A stretch of DNA of 64,000 nucleotides, from positions 23,808,001 to 23,872,000 of the forward strand of contig NC_043013.1 of NCBI RefSeq assembly GCF_006345805.1, given 5' to 3'. Below, piece after piece: positions 1-12,344 of this stretch. Positions within the stretch are counted from its first letter, which is position 1, and every line of letters begins with the position of its first letter. The stretch comes from Octopus sinensis (lineage: Eukaryota). The notes under the pieces were generated by a model. That model ran no database searches and was not told the origin of the DNA. It was given only the letters and a program-made list of their open reading frames with translations. The position numbers were made by a program, and so were the translations under genes.

Positions 1-659
1 AGAAATAAATGTCTAACTCTGTACATGATAGCAAGCTGTAATGATTATAAAATCTTTGATATGTTAGCTGGTAGTCAAAGAAATCCACGCATTACCATTC
101 AAGAAGAAAGGAAATATTGAAAAATATTTTAAGATGATTTTTGTTGCTGAAGTAAAATTTCTTGAGAAATATTTCAGGTGCATAAATTTTGAAAGGAAGC
201 TGATTATAGTTGGAAGGAAACATGGGGCTAGATTAGATTTAGATGATCTCTGATATGATATAGGTAATCTCTTTCAAAGATTCTTTCCAGAAACATTTTT
301 TAATGGTTTCAGTCACTGAGCCATGCTGGGGCACCATCTTCAAGGGTCCAATGGCTTACATCAACCCCAGTTCTTGTTTTCTCAATTGTTACTAAATGTA
401 TTGATCTCAGAAATAAGGGACCCTAAATGGATATGTGCAAGATTTATTTAAAACGATGTAATTAAATATCACAGTTAATTTTGTCCAAATCTCGACTGAT
501 TCCATCAATCAAAGACTACTTTTGAAACAGTTTCGGTAAGCGCCGGTTTATGCAGTCAATAAATTTGTTGCTTTTGTAAATGTATTTTTGCAACTTCTTC
601 AACAGATTCACTTTTTTCTTGAGCATCAAGTACATTACTTTGAACATGTTTTCATAAGT

Positions 660-1135
660 TAGATGATGATGATGATGGTGACGACGGCGGGAGGGGAGGG
701 GAAGGAGGGAAGAGGGGGGGAGGAGGGGAGGAGGAGGAGGAGGAAGAGGAGGAGGAGGTAGTGGCAATGACCTTTACAAGTTTTCCCAGGTTGGTGAGAC
801 TGATGCAGTTGACATTCAGCTTCAACATTTGTTAATCAATATTTGCAGAGAATGAGGGCAAAGAGATAACTCTAGAGGTGCTATACTTTCATTAATATCT
901 ATCTACCTACCTACCTATCTATCTATCTATCAATCAATCTAACTATCTATCTATCTATCTATCTATCTATCTGTCTGTCTATCTATCTGTATATCTATCT
1001 ATCTATCTATCTATCTGTCTATCTATCTATATGTATGTATATATATATATATATACATACACACACACACATATATATATACATATATGTGTATATGTAT
1101 ATATATACACACACACACACACATATATATAAAAT
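660..1135. repeat. (GAT)n, (GGA)n, (ATCT)n and TA/CA simple repeats
   Basis: Directly visible. Confidence 0.9.
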
Positions 1136-1263
1136 AGATAATTTCAAATTAATAATAAAAGGGTAAAATTAATCAATTAAATTAATTAATTAATCAATCA
1201 ATTAATTAATAATTTTACCAAGTAGATCGGTATGTTAAAATAACCTTTATAGGTAAAATTATG

Positions 1264-1617
1264 CAAATATTCTATAATTATAAACATAATTATAATTAGG
1301 GGTCAGCTAATTGCTTCACCACATACCAAATTTAGAAATAGGAGTTAAAATTCTCTTTTCTTCTACTGTGAGAATCTCCATGACTGAGGAGAGAAGTAAG
1401 TAATTAAAACCCTTTAATCTCAAAATGTGTCTGTGACTAATCAGAGTCTTGTTGATTCATTGTTTTTTCTCTTTGCCTTCGTAAAAAAGTGTTACTGTCA
1501 TGGAGATTCTTACAGTAGTAGAAAAGGGATTTTTAACTCCTATTTCTAAATTCGGTATGTTGTGAAGCAATTAGCTGACCCCTAATTATAATTATGTTTA
1601 TAGTTATAGAATATTTG
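1264..1617. repeat. Inverted repeat with ~120-bp arms and ~110-bp spacer; adjacent AT-rich sequence also at ~17290-17440 (inverted)
   Basis: 1264-1384 is the reverse complement of 1497-1617 with few mismatches. 1150-1290 matches the reverse complement of 17290-17440. Confidence 0.8.
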
Positions 1618-2224
1618 TAAATAGATAGATAGAGAGAGAGAGAAAGATAGAGAGATAATTAGATAGATATCAAAATGGACATTGAATATTGATGATGATG
1701 ATATGATAGATCTATGTATCTATATATTTCTCTCTCTTAGACTGGAGCCTGGTGGAGCCTCCAGGCTTCCCAGACCCCGGTCAAACTGTCCAACCCATGC
1801 TAGCATGGAAAACAGACATTAAACGATGATGATGATATATATATATACATATATATATATGTGTGTGTACGTGTATATGTACATATGTTGAAACACACAT
1901 ACATATATGTATTCATATATGTGTGTACATGTGTATGTGTGTGTGTGTGTGTGTGTCAGTGTCTCCTTGTCTTGATATTTCATCATAGTTGTAAATGAGA
2001 TGCACTGTCATACAAGCAGTGTTGTTCATTCCCAATCTTCCATGAAAACTGGTCTGGACATTGAGTAAATATTGCCTCACTTAGAAACAGATGAAGAGAG
2101 CATCTATCTCAACAAATTCTGTACAGCGTATGTAGCTATGGAGAAGTAGACATTAAAACAATGATGAGGAAGAGGATGAGGATAATGATGATGATTATCA
2201 TCATCATCATCATCATCATCATCA

Positions 2225-2590
2225 TGCACAGACAATTTACAGTGGAAAATGGTATGGCCTGTTTGCCAGCAGAAATGGTGTGAGAGGAGGAGTGTGAGAA
2301 CTAGAACCAGTTGTGCACATTGAAGATACGAAAGACAATACCTTCTGTTGTGAGAAGTGGTGTGAGATGGAGATGTTTAGTGAAGGATGAGAGATAATCA
2401 GATTGTTGATAAGGATTGGATGGATTTGGGATACGATAGAAACGGCAGAGGGTGAATTCAGAAGAAATGGAAAGGGAGATTTTGAGCCAGACTAACTGGG
2501 AGTCATTGTTGATAAGATCCAGTCGTAAGATATGATTGGTGCAGAGAACGGATTCACATATGGGTAGAGGCCATCATTCAGAGCAACGTT
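2225..2590 (-). mobile_element. LINE AP-endonuclease remnant (CR1/L2/Jockey-like)
   Basis: Minus strand gives LVWLKISLSISSEFTLCRFYRIPNPSN...DYLSSF and a degraded (G)DFNVHN motif. Confidence 0.6.
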
Positions 2591-2632
2591 CAAAGTATAG
2601 AGTGCAGTGTTGAGAGCAGAGATGAGTTAGAA

Positions 2633-3150
2633 CTGTGGTTCCGAAAGTGAGAGGTATTGCCCTCTTGGGGGAGGGGGGAGTTCCAAGGAGGCATTGAAGT
2701 AAAGTGGGGCAATAATGGGGTAAGGCAATGAGCTGGCAGAATCGTTAGCATGTCGGCCGGAATGCTTAGCAGTATTTCGGCTACCATTACATTCTGAGTT
2801 CAAACTCTGCCAAGGTTGACTTTGCCTTTCATCCTTTCGGGGTCGATTAAATAAGTACCAGTTAGGCACTGGGGTCGATGTAATCGACTTAATCGCTTTG
2901 TCTGTCCTTGTTTGTCCCCTCTATGTTTAGCCTCCAGTGGGAAATAAAATAATAAATAATGGGGTAACAATTCATGTAAAAACAACAAAATAATGGGTTT
3001 GTTAGGTTAAGTTTTATTTGTGAAATACAATTACTTTGGATTTGCTTCAGAAAGAGGTCTATGGTTGTGATGGTCAACTGGGATGGGGTCACTAGGAATG
3101 TGACCTAGGTGTCAAGGGAGTAGCAGCCTGAAAATGTTTGGAAACCACTG
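2633..3150. mobile_element. hAT-type MITE with nested SINE (2724-2954)
   Basis: Ends CTGTGGTT...AACCACTG; 8-bp TSD AGTTAGAA/AGCTAGAA. The SINE is flanked by a 13-bp TSD AATAATGGGGTAA. An uninterrupted copy of the MITE is at 26754-27015. Confidence 0.85.
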
Positions 3151-3480
3151 AGCTAGAAAGATGGAGGATAAGTAATATGCATCTCAGAGATGAATGGCAG
3201 TTTACATGTCAGTGTGAGATAATGGGGAGGGATGAAAATAGGTTTGGGGAATTAAGCAAATGGTCAGACTGTCACTAGAACACAAGCACAGGCATGGTTG
3301 TGTGGTAAGAAGTTTCCCAACAACATGTTTTCAGGTTCAGTCCTACTGTGTGGAACCTTGAACAAATGTCTTCTTCTATAGCCTTGGGCCAACCAATGCC
3401 TTGTAAGTGGATTTGGTAGATGGAAACTGAATGAAACCCATTGTATACACACACACACACATACACACACACACATATAC

Positions 3481-4045
3481 ATATATGTAAAAAAATTAAC
3501 AGAATGAGATAAAAATCCAAGGCTGTGAAAGATTTCAGAACATTTATAAAGAGAAGGTCTTACAGCTGTTTCCGGGATATTTTATATACCCCTTCATTGG
3601 AGACGGTGTAAGAAAATGGTTAAGCAATAGTTATTCTAGATAAGATATGAAATGGAGAGTGAAGTGGAGGAACGAAAACAATATCCCTGCATATTTCGCG
3701 TCTATTTTCATTCCTCCACTTCACTCTCTATTTCATATATTATCTTGAATAACTATTGCTTAACCATTGTCTCACACCTTCTCCAATGAAGGGATATATA
3801 AAATATCCCGGAAACAGCTGTAAGACCTTCTCTTTATAAATGTTTTGAAATCTTTCACAGCCTTGGATTTTCATCTCATTCTGTTCATTTTTTTGTATAT
3901 ACACATGCTGATACATGACTTACGTTGGACTCCTCATTCACATAATCTCTGAACCTGGAGCTTAACTATAGTCTGTCCATAGCACTTACTCAGCATTACC
4001 TGACACCTTTGGGTCTTCTTGACACCATTACCGCTCATAACCTTA
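3481..4045. mobile_element. Penelope-type pLTR copy with ~420-bp palindrome (3481-3900); dispersed copy at 51637-51998
   Basis: Arms of ~190 bp are near-perfect reverse complements around a centre at ~3672-3705. Segment 3678-4044 is nearly identical to 51637-51998 and carries the hammerhead-like motif. Confidence 0.75.
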
Positions 4046-4620
4046 ATACATGTGTACATACATATATGTACATACATGTATATACACATGCAGGTGTGTC
4101 TTTATGTCTATGTTTGTTTCCACCATTGCTTTGCAACTAGTGTTGGTTTGTTTATGTCCCTGTGACTTAGTGGTTTGGCAAGAGACTGATAAAACAAGTA
4201 CCAGGTTTAAAAATGAAAGCAGTATTGTGGTCGATTCATTCAACTCAAAACTCTTCAAAGGTGACGCTCCAGTATGGCTGCAGTCTAATGACAAGTAAAG
4301 GATAAAAAGAAAAGATCAGGGTCCATGGGAGATGAGCAAAGTGACCTTTCGATGACCTTTTAATCTTTTAATCTAGCCCTATACATGCACATTTATCTCC
4401 AAGAATACAGTAATATACGCGCTTATACCTAACATCTTAAAAATGTCCATAGATCTCAGATATTTCTTGGTTTGGATGAAGATTTAAGGCTTTCTCTACA
4501 TTTGCTATAAACAATCTTACCTTTGTGTTCACTACTTCACAACCTTTAAAGTCTTGTAGTGCAAGTATCTGGACTCAGTAGTGATCTGCTAAGATCTTAA
4601 CCATTGTTTCACCAAGCTCT

Positions 4621-4890
4621 GAAATTTTAACCATCATACAGTTCTATATTTAAGAGATGAGGAATTATGTACATTATTTACATTTGACAGATATTTCTCC
4701 TCATCTTGTTTGTTGTTAACACAACGTTTCGGCTGATTATACCCTACAGCCTTAATCAAGTGTCTTGGGGAAATTTCGAACCTGGCTTCTCCTTCCTAAG
4801 GCTAGAGGATATATCAGCTGAAATGCTGTGTTAACAACAAACAAGATGAGGTCAAATATCTGTCAAATGTAAATAATGTAAATAATGTTT
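4621..4890. mobile_element. Inverted pair of Penelope-type pLTR fragments with decayed hammerhead
   Basis: Minus 4718-4764 reads GACAC-TTGATTA-A-GGCTG...CAGCC-GAAA-CGTT-GTGTT. Plus 4801-4885 repeats the downstream part in the opposite orientation. Confidence 0.7.
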
Positions 4891-7800
4891 AACCATCATT
4901 TCTGAATTTAAAATTTTGAATTTGGTAATGAAATATCAACAACTCTTTTGAAGCGTTGGCAATATTGGACATTAGTGCACCAAATTGATTTCAAACTTCT
5001 CTCATTATAGAATATTGTAGTTCTTTGAATGCTTTCTTTATTTAAAACACTCAACTTCTTTAGATATAAACATACACACTTATGTGATGTTTGTCTATGT
5101 CCACCTTCTAGTGACGAATATATCTGAAAAGAAATTTTGAAGTAATTCGTGCAGAGGACAGTAGATCTACGGATATTACAACGAAGTAGTTTTACAAAAA
5201 GAAATAAAGCTGAGATTTTTAATTTCAGAACAGCAAATCAGAGATACAAATATATAATCAAAGAACACATTGTTCTCATATAGCACTAAGAATGGTTTCA
5301 AATTCTCACCCTCACTCAATTCCTATGCTTCATTGCACTGTCTTCAATCAAATTCTTTCATATAACTGTCAAAGAGCTCTTCTAGAATACCATTCTTGTG
5401 GGAGGGGGGGAACAAAAGGACTCCATGCATTGAGTGTGCATGTGAGGTGTAGCATGACTGACAAAAAATTCATCATGCTGTGGTTTTAGATGTCAAATAC
5501 TTTGCTAGCAGTAATAACTAGATGTGTTTATAGTTAAAGAAAGAAACTATTCAACAAAGAAAGTATTCTGTAATGAAAGTGTTGTAGGTAGAATGCAAAG
5601 TGGCAGAAGGTGGAGGACATTTGTCAACACACAATTACATCTGCAAACAGTTACACTCGCAACACGTTCGCACATGCAATTACATATGGAATTCATGCGC
5701 ACATTTCTTCACACTTCAAAACCTATAAAGATCAACTGAATACTTGGAGCAGATTAATAAAAGTCATATTAAGTAACATTGGTTTCAAATTTTGGCCCAA
5801 GGCCAGCAAATTTGAGGGTGGGGAATGAGTCGATTACATCAACCCCTGTACTCAACTGGTACTCATTTTATTGACCCCCTAAAAGAATGAAAGACAAAGT
5901 CAATCTCAGTGGAATTTGAACTCAGATAATAAAAATGGATGAAATGCCACCAAAGCATTTTGCTTGGCATGCTAATGATTCTGCCAGCTGGAGCCACCTT
6001 CGTAGTAAGTAATATTGAAAAGTATATTCTAATTGTTTGGTTGACAGTTTCCATGATTATCAAATCAGAAAATAAGAAGAATGTAGACAACTGAAGAATT
6101 AAAACATATTTTGGGGTAAACCACTTCATATTGTGTTGTTTTGTTTTGTCTTTTCTTTTTCCAGTTTGACAAACAATGTACTTTGTTTATGCCAACAGAT
6201 TATGAACTCTGTTCAAACAAAGTACTTTTATTGTTGTTTATAAAGATTAACTGCAAAAATACCTTTGCCAAATATTATCAGGACAAAAGACTAAATATGC
6301 CAAATTTTCCTGCAGCAAAAATATTTGCAACAAAAATGTTTTATACAAACCAGTGGACATCAACCTCCACCCAGCTCTGCCCCTATAGTAATACAATGAA
6401 GGAATATTAGTAGTAGGTTGGACATGACTACAGTGAGTGACACATTTCAAGGGTGTCATACTAAGGCAAATATTTCAGACCACACAAACGGTCTCAGGGG
6501 TTGAGCTGTGATGATTGAAGATGAAGAACAGCACCTGCCACCATTGCCTTTGCTATGCTGGGTAAACTCATTGATACTCATCATCATCATTAGCATCTTT
6601 AGCATCTGTTGTCCATGCTAGCATGAGTTGGATGGTTTGACCAGGGCTGGTAAGCTGAGGGGCTGCACCCGACTCTAGTCTGATTTGGCATGATTTCTAT
6701 GGCTGGATGCCCTTCCTAACACCAACCACTCTGAGAGTGTAATGGGTGCTTTTATGCTCTCAAGAACGATATTATGTTGGTAGATCACAGTTCATGTACC
6801 TCTATAATTCCTTCTTTAATTTCTTATTTCTCATGCATTTAATACATTCCAACATCACAAATGGTAAATTTTTGTATTTGAATATCTAAAATATGAAGTT
6901 AAAGAGAATGGTGACAAATGTAACGTTTGGAATAAAGTGATGTGAAGTTAGGTTGGGCTGTGGCTGTGTTATACAATAACAATGAATTATAAAATGCAAA
7001 TGGCAGCTTCAGTCTTCTCTCCTTCTCAAATGCACAGGAATCAGTGAGATGAGACCATGCACACAGCCATACCCAACCCAACTTCACAACCCTTTGCTCC
7101 ATACTTTATAGAGCTGCCTCATGGTCACTCACATCCCCTGTCTTCTAACAGTCCTATCACGATGCTGAGCTACTCTTCTTTTGAATAGTATACAATAAGT
7201 TAATCTAGATTGTGAGTTTAATTATGAGAACTGAATGAATTATGTATCCTTAATTATTCCAAATAATCAAGAAAATGTTTACAGAGAGAAACTTTACAAA
7301 GAATAGCTAATAATAAATGTCTCCATTAATTAAAAAAAGAAATGGGGAGCTGTGAATAACTATATTCCACACTTCTTTTTGGCACCCTGTTGCCATTTCT
7401 GGTAATTGGGTGGAATGTGAGAGAAAAGGATGAAAGTATGGAATATTCAAAAGCAGAACAAATTTGCATTTGATTCCTGCAAGTAATCAAATATTTTTCA
7501 CAAGAAACCAAAAGAAAGAGGGGAAATGTCTAACACCGTAGATATAACTTATCCTGAAACTGCTTTTTTTTTTGTTTCCATGTAGTTTTAATTTGACATT
7601 TCTGCTTCCCTAAATCATGCAGTTCTCTTCCAAATTTACTGGACCTAGCCTTGCAGTGAGGCACAAAGAAGCCAGCACCATTTTGAAACAGCAAGATCTT
7701 GCCTGCAAATATTGCCATATGTGAGACAAAAACAAGATCTTGCCTGCAACCATTATTTAAGGAAAAAACAACATTTTCCCTCTTGTTCTTCTCATGCTGA

Positions 7801-8800
7801 TGCCAAGCAAGACTTTGAAGCCAGGAGCTCACGGCAGACTTCTGTCCCGCTGTGATACCACATGCATTGTCTCCAGAGGGTATTGAATGTCAGGCGTATG
7901 GGAGAGAAGGCTAACTATGCACTGCAATGAGGATGGTTACTGAGAGCAAACCCCTTGTATGAAGCACCTGTGAATTAACGGTTGTTGAGTTTACTCTGCC
8001 TGAGAACTTCATTCTTGGTATTTCCAGCTCCTTGAATCAACAGAATGATTATAATGGAAGAAGATACCCACCAAAGTATCATAAAAACTTTCCTTCCATT
8101 ATAGCCTGAAGAGACGATCCCGCATCTAGAGACTGACCTACACTTTATCCTTAAGTGGGCCCTGGCTCGAATTTATATCCTCTCAGTTCTGGAGCCACGT
8201 TTGGGTGGGGCTTTTTATGTGCTACTGACAAGAGGCTCACAACTACAATTTCCATTTGATTTTGATATTGCTGATGTTGATGTACTTGACTCAATAGATC
8301 TCCTTAAGTACGGCATGTTGCCCTACAATCCAAGGCACTTTTGAGTGGACTGGTTATGATGTGCAGAGGACTCAGTGTACCACCCAGCCAAGGAATTGAA
8401 CACCTGACCTTACAATTATGAGTTCAACAGCCTAACAACAAAGTCTTTATCCATATTCTTGAGAACATGTGTCAAAATCCATTGACAGCATAATCTGAAC
8501 AAGCTTTGTGAGATAAAGGGTTCCTTCCAGGGTATTAAAAACAAAAACAAAAAAAATTAAATCACAGTTAAAATTTTACTAAACTTGTGATTGCATTGAA
8601 GCCATATGTAAGAACTGAAGCGAAAAAGAAATATTAGGCGAAAATGTACAGTGATATTGAATAGGTGGGGAGAGTGAGAAAGCAGGGGTCTGTTTTAATG
8701 TGGGAAAGAGGTAAAATAAGAGAAGAGACAGGCTTAAATGGTTGAGAAAGAAATATATTGAGGAAAATATTTGTTTGATTGGAAATAGAAATCATGAATA

Positions 8801-10673
8801 TGTGGGATGACTGGAAGAGGAAGGGCGCACGCAGGTGGGGGAAGATTGCATCCTTTTCCGATTGGGGAAACCATGAGTGCAGGATGTGTCGATGCATCAT
8901 CAAGATGAGGGAAAGCAGCTGCTAGTTTTAGTATTTCAGGATGGGCCACATGGAAGGATACGTTACCACCTAACAGGTTTGTGCCAATGAAGAGAAGGTA
9001 GGTGTCTTACTTCTAATTCACTGCAAACTATTTTGGAACTCCACATAAGACGTTGCCATGGTGGCAGCTAAAATTAGGATTGCCAGCGACGTTATCAGGA
9101 CCTTTAATGGTGAGGGTGATGTAATGGCCTGGATGTGTAAAATCAGGCTTGTGACGAGATTACAAGGCATTAGCGACATGGCAAGCCTTAAGGTACTATA
9201 TTTGGAAGGGAGCGCATTGACTCTATATCTCAAGATGGATGAAGAAGAACAACTGAGTGAGGAGAAGATTGAGTGACATTTGAGAGAGGCTTACACCAAG
9301 TGTGAGTATACAGCCTTTGTTAAGCTGGGAACAATTAGATGGACAGGAGAGCTGATTGCCGAGTTCGGACTGAAGCTGAATGTGGTTTTCGTGCCTTCAG
9401 AGAGAAACAGGGCAGATGCACTGACCAGAGTGAAAAGGGCATGGTTGGAGGAGCCGGAGGAGACAAAGATAGGGATAGCTGCAGCGTGTCGGTTGGCTGA
9501 CTCCGAACTGAAGAGACTGCACACTATGCATCACTTGTGGGTGGATAGGACCCTGTATCTTGTGAAAATGATTGATGCTGACGTCATTAGGAGAAGCATC
9601 TGGAAAGTGATTGAGAGCTGTGACAGGTGCCAGTCTATTGACCCTGCTCCATGTGGGCATGAGCAAGGAAACCTTTCGGTAGAGCACAACTGGAAGAGAC
9701 TAGCTGGGGATGTGATGCACTACTGTCAGGGAATGTATCTCTCCATGGTCGACTGTGGGCTGGGCTGGATAGCCATTTGGAGGGAGTTGAGGACAGGCAT
9801 TGCTGACGAAATTGTGCAGATTGTGAATGAGATATTTTTAGAAAGGGCTCCTGTGGAAGAACTGCTAATGGACAATGGGGCAGCATTTCACTCAGAGCGT
9901 TGAGGGATATGCTCGACTGGTGGAGAGTGCGTCACTTGTTCAGAGCAGCGTATAGACCAAGTGGTAACAGAATTGTAGAGAGGCACCATCGGACAATCAA
10001 GGCCATGGTGGAAAGAGGGAACATTTCACTGTTGGAAGCAGTTTCCTGGTATAACATGTGTTCTTGATCCAGACAAGCTGAAAAATCTGTGCCACACAGA
10101 GCAGTATTTAAATATGAATGGAGGCATCCCAGTAAAGCGCTAGAGTGCCATGAGGAAGAGAAGGAACCTGCCTGCGTGAAAATAGGGGAGGAAGTTCGAG
10201 TTAAGCCACCAAAGGCGCTCTGTGCATCTCAATGGAGCACAGGAACGGTGACAGCAGTCAATCCCAGAAACAACGTCTCTGTGGATGGAATGCAGCATCA
10301 TGTTTTGGACCTTCACAGGATTGTCACTTCGTTGAATGACGATTGTGGAGAGGAGGAGAACAAGGTTCTTAGCTCAAGGAGATCTCGATGCATAAGGCAT
10401 CCACCCAGTTGGATGGTAGACTTCGATGTGGATTAGGGGGGGGATGGGGATGGAGTCAGCGGCTGGGGAGCACACAGGTGGGAGCAGATTGCATCCTTTT
10501 TCGATCAGAGAAGCTGTGAGTGCAGGACATGTCAGTGCTTTGTCAAGGTGAGGGAAAGCAGCTGCTATTTTTAACGTTTCGAGACGGGCCACATGGAAGG
10601 ATACATTACCACTCGACAGGTTTGCACCAACGGAAAAAAGGTAGGTGTCTTCTAATCTTCCACATTCACTACG
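8801..10673 (+). mobile_element. Internally deleted Gypsy/Ty3-type LTR retrotransposon (LTRs 8801-9025 and 10445-10673)
   Basis: Two similar ~225-bp LTRs starting TG; polypurine tract 10435-10444; 5-bp TSD GAATA (8796-8800 and 10674-10678). Gag-like start MVAAKIRIASDVIRTFNGEGDV; RNase H C-terminus (FVPSERNRADALTR); integrase HHCC (HTMHH...CDRC) and D,D,E (GDV, MDNG, IVERHHRTIK after a frameshift). Protease and RT absent. Confidence 0.9.
9058..10436 (+). pseudogene. Disrupted gag-(RNase H)-integrase reading frame of the Gypsy element
   Basis: ORFs 9058-9276 and 9280-9903 share a frame and are separated by one TGA. Frameshift near 9900. Integrase C-terminal part continues to 10436 with a further stop. 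Confidence 0.85.
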
Positions 10674-12344
10674 GAATACATTTGATTTTTTGGGGGTGGA
10701 ATGGGAAGAAAAAGATATGGAGAAAGTTGTGATGTTGGAGCTAAGAAAGCCAAGATGTCACAAATGAGATGATGTAAATTCAAGATGAAAGCAGACAAGA
10801 TATGTTGCACACCTATCCAACCCATAGCATTATTTAAAACTTAAAAGGCTGCTAATAAAATTTTATACAAGAAAATATCTCAAGCCTTGTTCTCAAACAA
10901 TTTTATTATAAACCAAGACAAAGCATCAGGTCTTAAGAGACAAAGGATCCTGGTTTTAACCTTGGGTTTCATCAACACCAATTGTTGGATTCATTTATTC
11001 ACTTCAAATTTATTTACAGCAACAAAAATAATGCCTTCTTATCCGGAAATATTTAATTGTTATACTCTCCAGAGTATTATATAATTTTCCTGAAAAGAAG
11101 TTATTCAATGACAATTATTACATGCACTCTGTCTGTCTGTCTGTCGTTCTCTTTCATACACACACACACAGATGTATATATGGAGGCGGGGCACGTGAGA
11201 GAAGGAAGGAAAATTGAACCAAAATATATATTTTAGAAAGTAGAGCAAAGGGAATAATGGGTAATTAAAGAGTTTGGAAAATTTAATAAAATAATTGCAA
11301 AAATTATACAATGAGTGCTATTAAAAATAGATGAAGCAATGATAATATTTCTTTAAATTAAAATATATAATAAACTAGCAAGAAATTCCACAACATTTGT
11401 AATCACATTAAGTCATTAATAACTCTTTATGACTTTTTACATTTGAATTTCAAGAAAGAAACTAAAACCATTTGACTACAAGTTTTTGAATGTAATGTCT
11501 GAATCAGCTCAGAACTACAGTGAAGTCATTGCATTAAACAGGATGTTTCTTGGTAGACTCACTTATTTTCCTCTAACACACTTGGCCACAGTACTTCTTT
11601 TTTTCTTTCTTTTTTTTTTCTTTTTTTCTCTTGCTTCAAAGTAGGGGATCAGTGTCAGAGACATTCAATTGACGACTTCCTGTTCCCAGATCTAATTAAC
11701 ACTCCACTTATGACGATATACTTCCTCTAAAACTATAAAGTCACCCAGGCAATTTCAGACAAGCTTTTCCTTTTCCTTTTTCTTTTTTGTCTTTGTTATA
11801 ACTTTTTGTTTATTAACTTTTCTCGTTAACCTAAAAACAAAAATAAATTTATTAGCTTAATAAAAAAAAAAAAAAGAGATATTAAAGACAGCATCAGAAA
11901 ATTTTTCCAGATATTTTTTCCTTTCCAGTTGTCATTGACACAGGGTTTATTTGGGTTTCTTTCTTCCTTTTTTTTTCTTTATAAGAATTTTCTGCTGAAA
12001 CTTTTCTGGAAGTTGCCAAAAATCAGTGAGAATGGTTGGATTGGTATAAAAGAAGGAAAACAATTACACACATACACACACACGTGTGTATATATATATA
12101 TATATTATATATATATATATCTTTTACTCTTTTACTTGTTTCAGTTATTTGACTGCAGCCATGCTGGAGCACCACCTTTAGTTGAGCAAATTGACCCCAG
12201 GACTTATTCTTTGTAAGCCGAATACTTATTCTATTGGGCTCTTTTGCTGAACCGCTAAGTTACGGGAACATAAACACACCACCATTGGTTGTCAAGTGAT
12301 GTGTGTGTATATGCATACACACACATGCATACACACACAAAAAA

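Noticed and set aside
516-767. 83-aa Pro/His-rich ORF
   Set aside because: The N-terminal half is a (CCT)n/(CAT)n repeat and the remainder has no recognisable similarity.
4521-4620. Minus-strand exon candidate with TTTCAG acceptor and AAG|GTAAGA donor
   Set aside because: All three frames contain a stop, and it abuts a pLTR repeat. Unsupported without RNA data.
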